Program-made: the position numbers and the translations under genes | Origin: an uncultured delta proteobacterium | GTDB taxonomy: Bacteria > Myxococcota_A > Polyangia > Polyangiales > JAFGIB01 | Assembly (NCBI GenBank): GCA_963778655.1 | Contig: CAVZVA010000009.1 | Span: 1,184,001-1,248,000, forward strand | Direction of reading: 5' to 3' | Length of the DNA: 64,000 nucleotides | Shown here: positions 9,756 through 19,172 of the stretch, one piece after another | Layout of the letters: every line of letters begins with the position of its first letter | Position numbering within the stretch: the stretch's first letter is position 1 | The notes under the pieces: generated by a model | What the model was told of the DNA's origin: nothing | Databases searched by the model: none | The model's input: the letters and a program-made list of their open reading frames with translations, nothing else

Positions 9756-12281
9756 TCAGGGCGCGCGGGCACCCTCGCAGCTCGGGTAGCGCAGAAAGCG
9801 CTGGCGCACGTGGAGGAAGCGCTCGAGCGCGGGCTGCCAGAGCGCCTCGATGCGGGCTACGGGCTCCCCGGCCAGCAGCGCCTGCAGGCTGGCCGCGTGC
9901 CCGAGCAGATCGATCAGCTTGTCGGTGTGCCAGCGGTCGCGGTGCAGCGCGAGCAGCGCGTGCGCGATTTCGAGCCCGGTGCGTACCGGCCGGAACGCGC
10001 GCGGGTCCTCGACCGTCAGGCGCAGCCCGAAGCAGCGCTGCCCCGCGTAGGGCGCGCGGCTGGGCGTGAACGCCGCGGCCTCGATGTGCACGCCCGGCAG
10101 CCCAGCCGCGGCCACCCTGGAGGCGAGCGCGCCGGCGTCGATCCACGGCGCGCCCAGCAGCCCGAACGGGCTCTGCGTGCCGCGTCCGACCGAGAGGTTG
10201 GTGCCCTCGAGCAGGCCGGTCGCCGGATACAGCAGGGCCGCGTCCGCGCTGGGCAGGTTGGGCGAGGGCGGGCTCCAGCGCAGCCCGGTTTGCGCGAACA
10301 TCTGCTGCCGGCACCAACCCACGGCCGGCACGACCTGCAGCGCGCCGCCCAGGTGCTCCCCGTCGCTGATCAATGCCGCCAGCTCGCCCGCACTCATGCC
10401 GTGGCGGATCGGCAGCGGGTAGTGATTGACGAAGCTGTGGATGCCGGGGTCGAGCACGGGGCCCTCGACCGCGACGCCGCCCAGCGGGTCGGGACGGTCG
10501 AGCACCAGCACCGGAACGCCGCTGCCTGCGGCGGCCTCGAGCATCGCGTGCAGCGTCGACATGTAGGTGAAGAAACGCACGCCGACGTCGACCAGGTCGA
10601 CCACGACCACGTCGAGCCCCTGCAGCATCTGCGCGCTCGGCCTCCGCGTCGCGCCGAACAGGCTGTAGACCGGCACGCCACGCGCGGGCCGCCTTCCGTC
10701 GCCCACCGGCCCCTCGTGGCTGACGTCCAGCCCGTGCTCCGGGCTGAACACCGCGCCGAGCCGCACGCCGGGAGCGTGCTCCAACAAGGCGAGCGTGGTC
10801 TGTCCGTCCGCGGCGCGCGCCGCCAGGTGCGTCAGCAGGCCGACGCGCTTGCCCTGCAGCCGTGCGTACCCGCTGGCGCGCAGCACGTCGATGCCTGCGC
10901 GGACGGGGGTTTTGTCACCGGGGAGGGCAGGCTCGCTCTCCGCAGTCGGGCTGGCTTCGCTCGCGCCGGGCTTGGCCGCCCTGTCGGCCGCGTCCCGCTG
11001 CAGCGCGCGCACCGCGGCGTCAGTGACCGCGGCCGCCAGCGAGATCACGCTGCCCTTGCCGTCGGGGTGCACGCGGTTGCTGAGCAGCACCACGAACAGA
11101 TCGCGCTCGGGATCGATGAAGAGCGAGGTGCCGGTGAAGCCGCCGTGCCCGAAGGCGTGCGGCGACAGCAGCGTACCGCGCAGTCGTGAGTAGCGACTGT
11201 GGATGTCCCAGCCTAGCGCGCGCACGCTGTCGCCGAGTGCGTGCGGCCGCGTCATCGTCGCCACGCTCTGTGCGCTCAGCACGCGCACGCCATCGAGCGC
11301 CCCGCCGCCGAGCAGCATGCGCGCGAAGCGCGACAGGTCGCGCGCGGTGGAGAACAATCCCGCGTTGCCCGCGACCCCGCCGAGCCGGTACGCGCGCGGG
11401 TCGTGCACCACCCCGTGGATCAGCTTGAACGCACCTCCCGGGTGCCACGGCGAGTACGGCGTAGGGGGACGCTGATCGTCGGGCGCGCTGGCAGGCGGCG
11501 CCTCGGGTCGGTCGTCGGTGACCTCGGTCGGCGCGATCCGCGGCAACAGGGCGGGGTCGGGATTGAAGCCCGTATCCCGCATGCCCAGCGGTGCGAACAG
11601 CGTCTGTCGCGTGAACACGTCGAGCGGCTCGCCCGCGGCACGACGCACCAGCTCGCCGAGCCACAGGTAACCCAGATCACTGTAAGCGAAGCGGCCACGC
11701 GGGGTGACCGGGTCGTGTCGCAGCATCGCCGTGATTGCGGCCGCGGGTCCCTGCGTGAAGTCGCGCATCGGGTTCTCGATCGGCAGCCCGGCCGCGTGCA
11801 GCAACAGATCCTGCACCGTGATGCGGCGCGTGGCAGGGCGATCGAGCTCCGGCAGGACGCGCGCCGCGGGCGCCGTCAGCTCGAGCTTGCCGCGCTCGGC
11901 CAGCACCATGATCGCGCTCGCCGTCGCGATCGGCTTGGTCAGTGAGGCCAGATCGAAGATGGTGTCTTCGGTCATCGCTTCGCGCTCCGGCACCAGCGCA
12001 CGCTGGCCGTACGCACGCAGGAAGCGCAGGCCGTCGTGGCGGCCGACCGCGATCACGCATCCAGGCATGCGGTGCGTCGCCAGCGCGTCGGCCACCAGCC
12101 CGTCGATCTCCGGGATCGCGAGCTGCGGCGCCGGCGGCCGCGCCGGCCGCGGCGCCGGCCTGGCAACGGGCGCGGGCGCCGCGTGCGCGTCAGGCTCTGG
12201 TGCCGCCACGGCCTGCGGCGTGCAGGCCAGCAGCGAGGTCGCGGCTGCGGCAGCCAGCAGCCAGGCGGAGCAAGACCCCAT
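9756..12281 (-). CDS. Lipoprotein fusion: beta-lactamase-family serine hydrolase + NamZ (DUF1343) exo-beta-N-acetylmuramidase
   Basis: Lipobox LLAC; SLTK, YSD, GHGGFTG; then FSPEHG, VYSLFG, DVGVRFFTY, DRPDP, IRHGM, SPN, EGTNLSVGRGT. Confidence 0.85.
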   Translation of the reverse strand: MGSCSAWLLAAAAATSLLACTPQAVAAPEPDAHAAPAPVARPAPRPARPPAPQLAIPEIDGLVADALATHRMPGCVIAVGRHDGLRFLRAYGQRALVPEREAMTEDTIFDLASLTKPIATASAIMVLAERGKLELTAPAARVLPELDRPATRRITVQDLLLHAAGLPIENPMRDFTQGPAAAITAMLRHDPVTPRGRFAYSDLGYLWLGELVRRAAGEPLDVFTRQTLFAPLGMRDTGFNPDPALLPRIAPTEVTDDRPEAPPASAPDDQRPPTPYSPWHPGGAFKLIHGVVHDPRAYRLGGVAGNAGLFSTARDLSRFARMLLGGGALDGVRVLSAQSVATMTRPHALGDSVRALGWDIHSRYSRLRGTLLSPHAFGHGGFTGTSLFIDPERDLFVVLLSNRVHPDGKGSVISLAAAVTDAAVRALQRDAADRAAKPGASEASPTAESEPALPGDKTPVRAGIDVLRASGYARLQGKRVGLLTHLAARAADGQTTLALLEHAPGVRLGAVFSPEHGLDVSHEGPVGDGRRPARGVPVYSLFGATRRPSAQMLQGLDVVVVDLVDVGVRFFTYMSTLHAMLEAAAGSGVPVLVLDRPDPLGGVAVEGPVLDPGIHSFVNHYPLPIRHGMSAGELAALISDGEHLGGALQVVPAVGWCRQQMFAQTGLRWSPPSPNLPSADAALLYPATGLLEGTNLSVGRGTQSPFGLLGAPWIDAGALASRVAAAGLPGVHIEAAAFTPSRAPYAGQRCFGLRLTVEDPRAFRPVRTGLEIAHALLALHRDRWHTDKLIDLLGHAASLQALLAGEPVARIEALWQPALERFLHVRQRFLRYPSCEGARAP

Positions 12282-12288
12282 CGCCGCC

Positions 12289-12297
12289 AGCATAGCA
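12289..12297 (-). promoter_or_regulatory. Extended -10 (TGcTATGCT) 7 nt before ATG 12281; candidate leaderless promoter
   Basis: Direct reading; no SD before this ATG. Confidence 0.4.
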
Positions 12298-12376
12298 GCC
12301 AGCGCGCGCGCGGCCGCGGCAGGGCGCGCGCCAGAATGGCTCCGAGAGGGCGTCCTGCGCGGGCGCGGTCGGGCAG

Positions 12377-12445
12377 TCACGCCCGCCTGGGAAGCGCGCA
12401 AAGAAAACTCGCCTCGGCGCTTCCCGTCTTCCCGCCTTCCTGTGA
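12377..12445. repeat. REP-like repeat, copy 1 (GGGAAG family)
   Basis: CTTCCCGTCTTCCCGCCTTCCTGTGA at 12420-12445; GGGAAGCGC/GCGCTTCCC inverted pair. Confidence 0.55.
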
Positions 12446-12454
12446 TTCTCCTCG

Positions 12455-12964
12455 ATGCGAAATGCACACGCCTCCACGCACGCACATGACTTCGAGGCGG
12501 GTTCAGCCGTGGGCCGGTTCCGGCGCATGATCGCGAATCTGATGGCATCGGGCTCGCCGCACATGCGCGAGCTGGGCATTCGTTTCCTGCACGCGGAGGC
12601 CGGTGTGGCGGTGGGGATGCTGCCCTATCGCGAGGATCTGGTCGGCGATCCGACCACCGGAGTGCTGCACGGCGGGCTGGTCACCACGCTGCTCGATTCG
12701 ACTGCGGGCGCGGCGGTGATCAGCGCGCTGTCGCTGCCCGCGCCGATCGCCACGCTCGATCTGCGCATCGACTACCTGCGCCCCTCCACGCCGCACGCCC
12801 CGCTGCACGCCAGGGTCGAGTGCTACAAGCTCACGCACCACATCGCGTTCGCGCGCGGCACCGCATACAACGAAAATCCAGCAGATCCGGTGGCGTCGAT
12901 GTCGGCTACCTTCATGCTGCGTACGCAGGCGCTGCCGCACGCCAGCAAGCCCGGAGGCACCTGA
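12455..12964 (+). CDS. PaaI family (hotdog) thioesterase; start may be 12527
   Basis: LHGGLVTTLLD, ATLDLRIDYLRP. Confidence 0.85.
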   Translation: MRNAHASTHAHDFEAGSAVGRFRRMIANLMASGSPHMRELGIRFLHAEAGVAVGMLPYREDLVGDPTTGVLHGGLVTTLLDSTAGAAVISALSLPAPIATLDLRIDYLRPSTPHAPLHARVECYKLTHHIAFARGTAYNENPADPVASMSATFMLRTQALPHASKPGGT

Positions 12965-13413
12965 TGTCGCGCGCGCTGAGCGAGGTCGTGCACGAGGCGC
13001 GCAAGGCCGGCGAGCTGGGGCAGCTGCTGGCTGCGATTCCCTACCTGCGCCTGCTGGGGCTGACGGCCGAGATCCGCGAGGGCGATCTGGTCGCGCGCAT
13101 GCCGGGCGAGCCGCGCTTGATCGGCAATCCGGTGTTGCCCGCGCTTCACGGCGGCACCGTGGGCGCCCTGCTCGAGAGCACCGCGATTCTCAAGTTGCTG
13201 TGGGACAACGACAGCCTGGGCGTGCCCAAGACGATCACGCTGACCGTCGACTACCTGCGCTCGGGCCGGGTGGTCGAGACGTTCGCGCGCGCACACATCA
13301 CGCGTCTGGGCCGGCGCGTGGCCAATGTCCAGATGCACGCCTGGCAGGACGGGGAAGATCGCCCGATCGCCATCGGGCACGCTCATTTTTTGCTGCGATC
13401 TCCAACACCTTAG
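12964..13413 (+). CDS. PaaI family thioesterase, second of a tandem pair
   Basis: TGATG overlap; GNPVLPALHGG, PKTITLTVDYLRS. Confidence 0.85.
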   Translation: MSRALSEVVHEARKAGELGQLLAAIPYLRLLGLTAEIREGDLVARMPGEPRLIGNPVLPALHGGTVGALLESTAILKLLWDNDSLGVPKTITLTVDYLRSGRVVETFARAHITRLGRRVANVQMHAWQDGEDRPIAIGHAHFLLRSPTP

Positions 13414-13485
13414 CGCTGGACGCCCGTCCCCCCTTGATCGACGTGCAGAATTGGTACACGTTCCCACATGTAGGACGGTGGGACA

Positions 13486-13502
13486 CTGGCCCAGCCGTGG
13501 CT
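13486..13502 (+). promoter_or_regulatory. Possible sigma54 promoter for PEGA gene
   Basis: cTGGCCCAGCCGTGGCT gives GG-N10-GC about 28 nt upstream of ATG 13529. Confidence 0.3.
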
Positions 13503-13528
13503 CCACCCGATGACTTGCGAGGAGTGCC

Positions 13529-15457
13529 ATGTCGGGCGAAGAAGGAACGGGACTGCACGCGTTCGATGACATCGACCCGATAAGCACCGTCAGTGCGCTG
13601 AACGTGATGCCGGACTCGGGCCCACTCTCGCTTCAGTTCGGGAGCCCCGACGACGCCGAGCTTCGGCTCGACGCCTCCGAGGTACAGCAAATCTCGCCTC
13701 GGTTGCCGCCCCCGCCCGGCGCGCGCCGGACCAGTGCGCCGCCCCCGCCGCCGCGCCGTGCAGGCGCCGCCAGCAGCCTGCCGCCGCCCCCGCCACGTCG
13801 GGCCGGCGCCTCCTCGCTGCCGCCGCCGGCGCTGCCGGGTCTGGGCGCGCGCTCCGCGCCGCCTCCCGTGCCGCCTGTCTCGGCGCAAGCGCCGAGCACG
13901 GCCGAGATGGAATCGAGCTCCGAGCTCGACCAGGACACCAAGGTGGTGCCCAACGCGTTCAGCCACGATCCCGAGTTCGCGCCGACCACGGCTTCGGCGC
14001 GCGCGAAGGCGGCGGCTGAGCGCGGGGAGGGCTTCGAGTCCTTCGACGACGCGGCCGGGGACGACAACGCTTCCACCTCGCTGCACGGGCAGCCGCCGTC
14101 GGCGCAGAGCGGGCAGGCGCGCGCGGGCATCGACGACACCGCGTTGCTCGAGCTGTCCGCGACCACCGTCGCGACCAACATGGACATGGAGTGGGACGAG
14201 GAGGAGGTCGAGACCAAGCTGCGCGACGAGTCGGGCGTGGAAGAGCTGCCTCGGCCGCTCGCGGCGCCACCTGGCGCGCGGCCGTCGCCGTTTCCGCCCC
14301 CTGCGTCCGCGCCTGTGTCCGCGTCCGGCCGCCCTTCGCCGTTCGCGGCCCCGCCGACTGGTTTTGCGCCGATGACCAGCCCGCAGGATGACTGGGAGGA
14401 CGAAGACGACGCCATGACGCGCGTGATATCGCCTTCGGCCCGGCCCACGGCCTCCGCTCCGGTCGGGTGGCAACCGGCGCCCGCGGTGGGCCCGTCGACT
14501 TCGTCGATGCCGACCCTGGTCGGCGGCGAGCTGGCGCGGCGGCTGCTGGCGGGCAACCGTCTGGCCTGGCTTGGCTTCGCCGCGGTCGCACTGGCCGCCT
14601 TCGCGGTCGCGGCCTGGGCGTTTCGCGCCGGGCGGGCGACCACGATCACGCTGGTCACGAAGCCGACCGATGCAGCGGTGCTGATCGACGGCAACGCCCT
14701 CACCGGGCAGAGCAGCCCATTCACCGTGCAGGGGCTGGCACCCGGCAACCACACCGTCGAGGTGCGCCGGGAGGGCTTCACCTCGCAGACGCACCGCTTC
14801 CGGGTGGAGCCGGGCGAGGTCAAGGCGATGCCGAGCATCGAGCTCGTGCCGCAGCGCCTCGACACTGGCTTCAGCCTGGCCTCCGCCCCGCAGGGCGCCA
14901 CCATCTACGTCGACGGGCACAAGCTCGATCAGGTCACCCCGGCGCGCGTGGTCGACCTGGCCCAGGGGCTGCACGTGGTGCGCTTGGAGGGCGGTACGGG
15001 TTACCAGCCGTGGGAGACCCAAGTCGCGCTGGCCAGCGGGCAGGTGATCGAGCTACCCACGGCGCGGCTCGCGCCGGCGGTGCCGAGCGCCGCTCCCAAG
15101 CCGCCGGCGGCCGAGCCCGAAGCGTCGCAGCCAACCGAGAGCTCGCACCACCATCACCACCACGCGAGCAGCGCATCGCCCGTGCAGTACCACAGCAGCG
15201 CAGCGTCTCGACCCGTGCGCGAGTCGGCCGCGGCCGCGAGCGGCGGCCAGGGCACGCTGCGTATCAACAGCCGGCCGTGGTCGCAGGTGTTCGTCGACGG
15301 CCGCATGATCGGCAACACACCGCAGCTCAACCTGCCGCTGTCCAGCGGCTCCCACCACATCAAGCTGGTCAACCCGCAGCTCGGCATGAGCAAGACGCTG
15401 AGCGTGCGCGTCGGCGCCGGCCAGGTCGTGACGAAGATCGTCCAGCTCGGCGATTAG
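13529..15457 (+). CDS. Single-pass membrane protein: disordered Pro/acidic N-terminus and three PEGA domains
   Basis: GAGGAG RBS; TM AWLGFAAVALAAFAVAAWAF; PEGA repeats TKPTDAAVLIDG, SAPQGATIYVDG, NSRPWSQVFVDG. Confidence 0.8.
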   Translation: MSGEEGTGLHAFDDIDPISTVSALNVMPDSGPLSLQFGSPDDAELRLDASEVQQISPRLPPPPGARRTSAPPPPPRRAGAASSLPPPPPRRAGASSLPPPALPGLGARSAPPPVPPVSAQAPSTAEMESSSELDQDTKVVPNAFSHDPEFAPTTASARAKAAAERGEGFESFDDAAGDDNASTSLHGQPPSAQSGQARAGIDDTALLELSATTVATNMDMEWDEEEVETKLRDESGVEELPRPLAAPPGARPSPFPPPASAPVSASGRPSPFAAPPTGFAPMTSPQDDWEDEDDAMTRVISPSARPTASAPVGWQPAPAVGPSTSSMPTLVGGELARRLLAGNRLAWLGFAAVALAAFAVAAWAFRAGRATTITLVTKPTDAAVLIDGNALTGQSSPFTVQGLAPGNHTVEVRREGFTSQTHRFRVEPGEVKAMPSIELVPQRLDTGFSLASAPQGATIYVDGHKLDQVTPARVVDLAQGLHVVRLEGGTGYQPWETQVALASGQVIELPTARLAPAVPSAAPKPPAAEPEASQPTESSHHHHHHASSASPVQYHSSAASRPVRESAAAASGGQGTLRINSRPWSQVFVDGRMIGNTPQLNLPLSSGSHHIKLVNPQLGMSKTLSVRVGAGQVVTKIVQLGD

Positions 15458-15459
15458 AC

Positions 15460-16968
15460 TCAGTCGTCACCGAAACGGATGCCCTGGGCCAGGGGCAGCT
15501 CGCGCGAGTAGTTGATGGTGTTGGTGGCGCGACGCATGTAGCTCTTCCAGGCGTCGGAGCCGGCTTCGCGCCCTCCGCCGGTGGCCTTTTCGCCGCCGAA
15601 CGCGCCGCCGATCTCGGCGCCGCTCGGCCCGATGTTGACGTTGGCGATGCCGCAGTCGCTGCCGGCGGGCGACAGGAACAGCTCGGCCTCGCGCAAGTCC
15701 GAGGTGAAGATGCACGAGGACAGCCCCTGCTCGACCGCGTTGTGCATGGCGATCGCCTGCTCGAGCTCGCGGTAGCGCATCGCGTACAGGATCGGCGCGA
15801 AGGTCTCCTGCAGCACGATGCCGCGCTGCGCGGGCATCTCCGCGAGCGCCGGCCTGACGTAGAAGGCCTCGGGATAGACGTCGGCCAGCACGCGCTCGCC
15901 GAAGCTCACCTGCCCGCCCTCGGCGCGGGCCTGCTGCAGCGCGGCCTGCATGCGCTCGAAGGAGGCCCCGTCGATCAGCGGTCCGACCAGCGAGCCGGGC
16001 TCCAGCGGCGATCCGATCGGCAGCCGTGCATAGGCGCGCTTGAGCCGCTCGGTCAGCGCGTCGTACACGTCATCGTGCGCGATCAGGCGGCGCAGGCTGG
16101 TGCAGCGCTGGCCCGCGGTTCCCACGGCGCTGAACAGGATCGCGCGCGTTGCCAGCTCGAGGTCGGCGCTCGGGCCGACGATCATGGCGTTGTTGCCGCC
16201 GAGCTCGAGCAGGCAGCGGCCCAGACGCGCGGCGACGACCGGCGCGATCGCGCGTCCCATGCGGCAGCTGCCGGTCGCGCTGAGCAGCGGCACGCGCGCG
16301 TCGCGCGCCAGCGCCTCGCCCAGCTCGGCTCCGCCGATCATCACCTGCGACAGACCCGGCGGCAGCTCTGGCTGCCCCGCCAGCACCGATTCGAAGGTGC
16401 GCTGGCAGGCGAGCGCGCTGAGCGGGCACTTGTCGGAGGGCTTCCAGATCACCGGGTCGCCACACACCAGCGCCAGCGCGAAGTTCCAGGCCCAGACCGC
16501 GACCGGGAAGTTGAAGGCCGAGATCACCCCGACCGGCCCCAGCGGGTGCCAGACCTCCATCATGCGGTGGCCCGGGCGTTCCGAGGCCATGGTCAGCCCG
16601 TAGAGCTGACGCGAAAGCCCCACGGCGAAGTCGCAGATGTCGACCATCTCCTGCACCTCGCCCAGGCCCTCCTGCAGGATCTTGCCGGACTCGAGGCTCA
16701 CCAGTGTGCCGAGCGCTTGCTTGCGCTCGCGCAGCGCTTGGCCGAAGAGACGGATCAGCTCGCCGCGCCGCGGTGCGGGCAAGAGCCGCAACGACGCGAA
16801 CGCGGCTTCGGCGCGGCCGACCGAGGCCCGCACGGCGGTCGCGTCGTCGCGTCGCACGCGCGCCAGCGGCCGCCCGTCGAGCGGGGAGCGTACTTCGAGC
16901 TCGCCCTGCAGGTCGGCCGGCTGCAGCCCCAGCTGCGCAAACAGCTGAAGCGGGCTCGGGGCGCTCAC
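15460..16968 (-). CDS. Aldehyde dehydrogenase family 7 (aminoadipate semialdehyde / piperideine-6-carboxylate dehydrogenase)
   Basis: GEVQEMVDICDFAVGLSRQL, SAFNFPVAV, LELGGNN, GTAGQRCT, GAEIGGAFGG; GTG start overlaps upstream stop. Confidence 0.9.
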   Translation of the reverse strand: MSAPSPLQLFAQLGLQPADLQGELEVRSPLDGRPLARVRRDDATAVRASVGRAEAAFASLRLLPAPRRGELIRLFGQALRERKQALGTLVSLESGKILQEGLGEVQEMVDICDFAVGLSRQLYGLTMASERPGHRMMEVWHPLGPVGVISAFNFPVAVWAWNFALALVCGDPVIWKPSDKCPLSALACQRTFESVLAGQPELPPGLSQVMIGGAELGEALARDARVPLLSATGSCRMGRAIAPVVAARLGRCLLELGGNNAMIVGPSADLELATRAILFSAVGTAGQRCTSLRRLIAHDDVYDALTERLKRAYARLPIGSPLEPGSLVGPLIDGASFERMQAALQQARAEGGQVSFGERVLADVYPEAFYVRPALAEMPAQRGIVLQETFAPILYAMRYRELEQAIAMHNAVEQGLSSCIFTSDLREAELFLSPAGSDCGIANVNIGPSGAEIGGAFGGEKATGGGREAGSDAWKSYMRRATNTINYSRELPLAQGIRFGDD

Positions 16969-18047
16969 GGCGTGCCCTCGCGCTCGTAGTAACGACCGAA
17001 GCGGTTGTGCAGGAAGTCGGCGAGCCCGACCTCCTCTTGCTTGAGGAAGCCGCGCGGCTTGAGTTTGCCTTCGCGTTGCAGGTCCATCACCGCGCAGACC
17101 GATGCGGCGGTGGTGATCTGGATCGCCGACAGCTCTCGGCCCGCCACCTCCCCGTGGTAGACCTTCTTGGTATAGGTGTCCTGCACCATGCGCCCGCCCC
17201 GCAGGCCGCTCACGGTCACGAAGACGAGCACGACGTCCTGCGTGGTGACCGGGACCGCGTTCTCGAGCACGTCGCGGAACAGCTCGCGCCGCTCGCACAG
17301 GCGTAGGTCGTTGCACAGCAGCCTCACCAGCTCGCAGTGGCCGGGATAGCGGATGGTCTTGTAGCTGACCTGATCGACCCTGCCGAGCAGGCTCTCGCAC
17401 AGGGTGCCCAGGCCGCCCGAGGTATTGAACGCCTCGTAGGTCACGCCGTCGAGCGAGAACTGCTCCAGGCCCTCCAGCGGCAGCACCTCGCGCAGTGCGC
17501 CGTCGTGGATGACCTGGCAGGGATTGCAGTACTCGTTGATCAGCCCTGCCGTGCTCCAGGTCAGGTTGTACTTGAGCGCGTTGGCGGGGAAGAGCGGCAG
17601 CGCACCGACCCGCAGCCGCACGCGGTACGGCTTCTCGAAGCGCTGGGTGAGGTCGTGGGTGGCGATTGAGATGAAGCCCGGCGCCAGCCCGCATTGGGGC
17701 GCGAACACCGTCTCGGCGTCGGCGGCGAGCTTGCGGATCTCGCGCGCGGTGGCCACATCCTCGGTGAGGTCGAAGTAGTGCACGCCTCCAGCCCGCGCCG
17801 CGCGCGCGATCGGCAGGCTGTGATAGTAGGGCAGGGCGTTGATTACCGCGTCCATGCCCTGCAGCGCGGCGCTCAGCGCCGCCGCGTCACCCACGTCCAC
17901 GGCGCGACGCGCCACCTGCGCGGGGATCGCCTCGAGCGCCTTTTCGTCGCGGTCGGCGACGCACAGCTCGAAGTCGCCCGCGCTCTTGAGCAGCTCGCTC
18001 ACAGCGACCCCGATGTTGCCGGCACCCAGCAGCAAAACTCGCGTCAT
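16965..18047 (-). CDS. Saccharopine dehydrogenase family (lysine 6-dehydrogenase-like)
   Basis: GAGNIG Rossmann motif, YFDLTED, CGLAPG, WSTAGLINEY, TSGGLGT, YKTIRYPGH. Confidence 0.85.
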   Translation of the reverse strand: MTRVLLLGAGNIGVAVSELLKSAGDFELCVADRDEKALEAIPAQVARRAVDVGDAAALSAALQGMDAVINALPYYHSLPIARAARAGGVHYFDLTEDVATAREIRKLAADAETVFAPQCGLAPGFISIATHDLTQRFEKPYRVRLRVGALPLFPANALKYNLTWSTAGLINEYCNPCQVIHDGALREVLPLEGLEQFSLDGVTYEAFNTSGGLGTLCESLLGRVDQVSYKTIRYPGHCELVRLLCNDLRLCERRELFRDVLENAVPVTTQDVVLVFVTVSGLRGGRMVQDTYTKKVYHGEVAGRELSAIQITTAASVCAVMDLQREGKLKPRGFLKQEEVGLADFLHNRFGRYYEREGTP

Positions 18048-18119
18048 GCCTCGAATTCTAGCCAGGCCGCGGCCCGGACGCACGAGCCATCTGCCCCCAA
18101 CGGAGCACGCTCACGTCGG

Positions 18120-18992
18120 CTACAGCTCGAGCGCCACGCGGTACACCAGCAGCGCACGGATTGGAGCGAAGTAGCTCTGCTGGCCGTAGTTGGGGTCTCC
18201 AGGGCGCGTAAGGAGGGTGAGGAAGAGCAAGTCGTTGCGCTCGAGCAAGCCCAGACGCATGACCGCATTGAAACCCACCGCCCACTGCGCCTGGTGCCGG
18301 CCGGCGCGCGGCAGATCGAGCAGCTGGAGGTAAGGTCCAATCCCACCCCAGCGCCGGTCCTTCAAGAAGATCTCGGTCTCCCAGCGGGTCATCCAGCCGC
18401 CGTCGTAGATGCTGGTGTAGAACCAGTCGAACGAACGGTCCTTGCGTCCTTCGTAGCGTGCGGCCAGCGTGGACTGGCCGACCAGGTGCTCGTTGAACGG
18501 AAGCAGCAGGCTGACTCGCCCTTCGCCGTAGGGAAAGCGCTCGCTGCCGCTGGTGCTGCCGAACAGCGGGTCCATGTGCCTGCGCGAGGCGCGGTCGCAG
18601 CGCACACAGTAGCTGTGCGGGCCGGCGTCGAAGACCAGGTCGCGCCAAACCGCGCGGTAGGCCACGGTCACGCCGAAGCTCAAGAACAGCACCCGCAGGT
18701 CGGCGCGGGCGAAGGCGTCTCCCTCGGGGTAGGCGGGCACCAAGCCGACTCCCAGTGTCAGATCGTTGGCCGAGCCGTAGATGCTTCGCCGATTCTCCAG
18801 CGTGAGCTGGGCTCCGGTCCCGAAGTAGTCGACCGCCAGGAAGGTGCCGTCGGGCTGGATCGAGAGCATGTAGTCGCGCCGCTGATCGGCGCGCGCGCTC
18901 CCGGGCGCGACGGTGCTCGCGGCCGTGACGAGAAACAGCCCGCCGAGCAGGATGCGCGTCGGAATCCGTGGGCTCCCAGCAGGTCGGCTCAT
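18120..18992 (-). CDS. Hypothetical secreted protein, probable outer-membrane beta-barrel
   Basis: Signal peptide ending ARA; amphipathic aromatic strands; CVRC motif; non-shadow composition. Confidence 0.55.
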   Translation of the reverse strand: MSRPAGSPRIPTRILLGGLFLVTAASTVAPGSARADQRRDYMLSIQPDGTFLAVDYFGTGAQLTLENRRSIYGSANDLTLGVGLVPAYPEGDAFARADLRVLFLSFGVTVAYRAVWRDLVFDAGPHSYCVRCDRASRRHMDPLFGSTSGSERFPYGEGRVSLLLPFNEHLVGQSTLAARYEGRKDRSFDWFYTSIYDGGWMTRWETEIFLKDRRWGGIGPYLQLLDLPRAGRHQAQWAVGFNAVMRLGLLERNDLLFLTLLTRPGDPNYGQQSYFAPIRALLVYRVALEL

Positions 18993-19003
18993 CGAGGAGG
19001 CGG

Positions 19004-19075
19004 TGGGCGGGACAGGGGTCGAACCTGCGACATTCGCCTTGTAAGGGCGACGCTCTGCCACTGAGCTACCCGCCC
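19004..19075 (-). tRNA. tRNA-Val(TAC)
   Basis: GGGCGGG acceptor stem, TAGCTCAGTGG D-arm, TCGCC-CTTACAA-GGCGA anticodon arm, GGTTCGACCC T-arm; followed by CCG rather than CCA. Confidence 0.95.
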
Positions 19076-19172
19076 GCTGGCCGACGCGTTCCGCTAGACT
19101 CCCCGACGTGGGCTGATCTGTCCAGGAGAGACCGGCGTACAACGCCCCGGGACGCGCTGGCGCGCGCAATTT

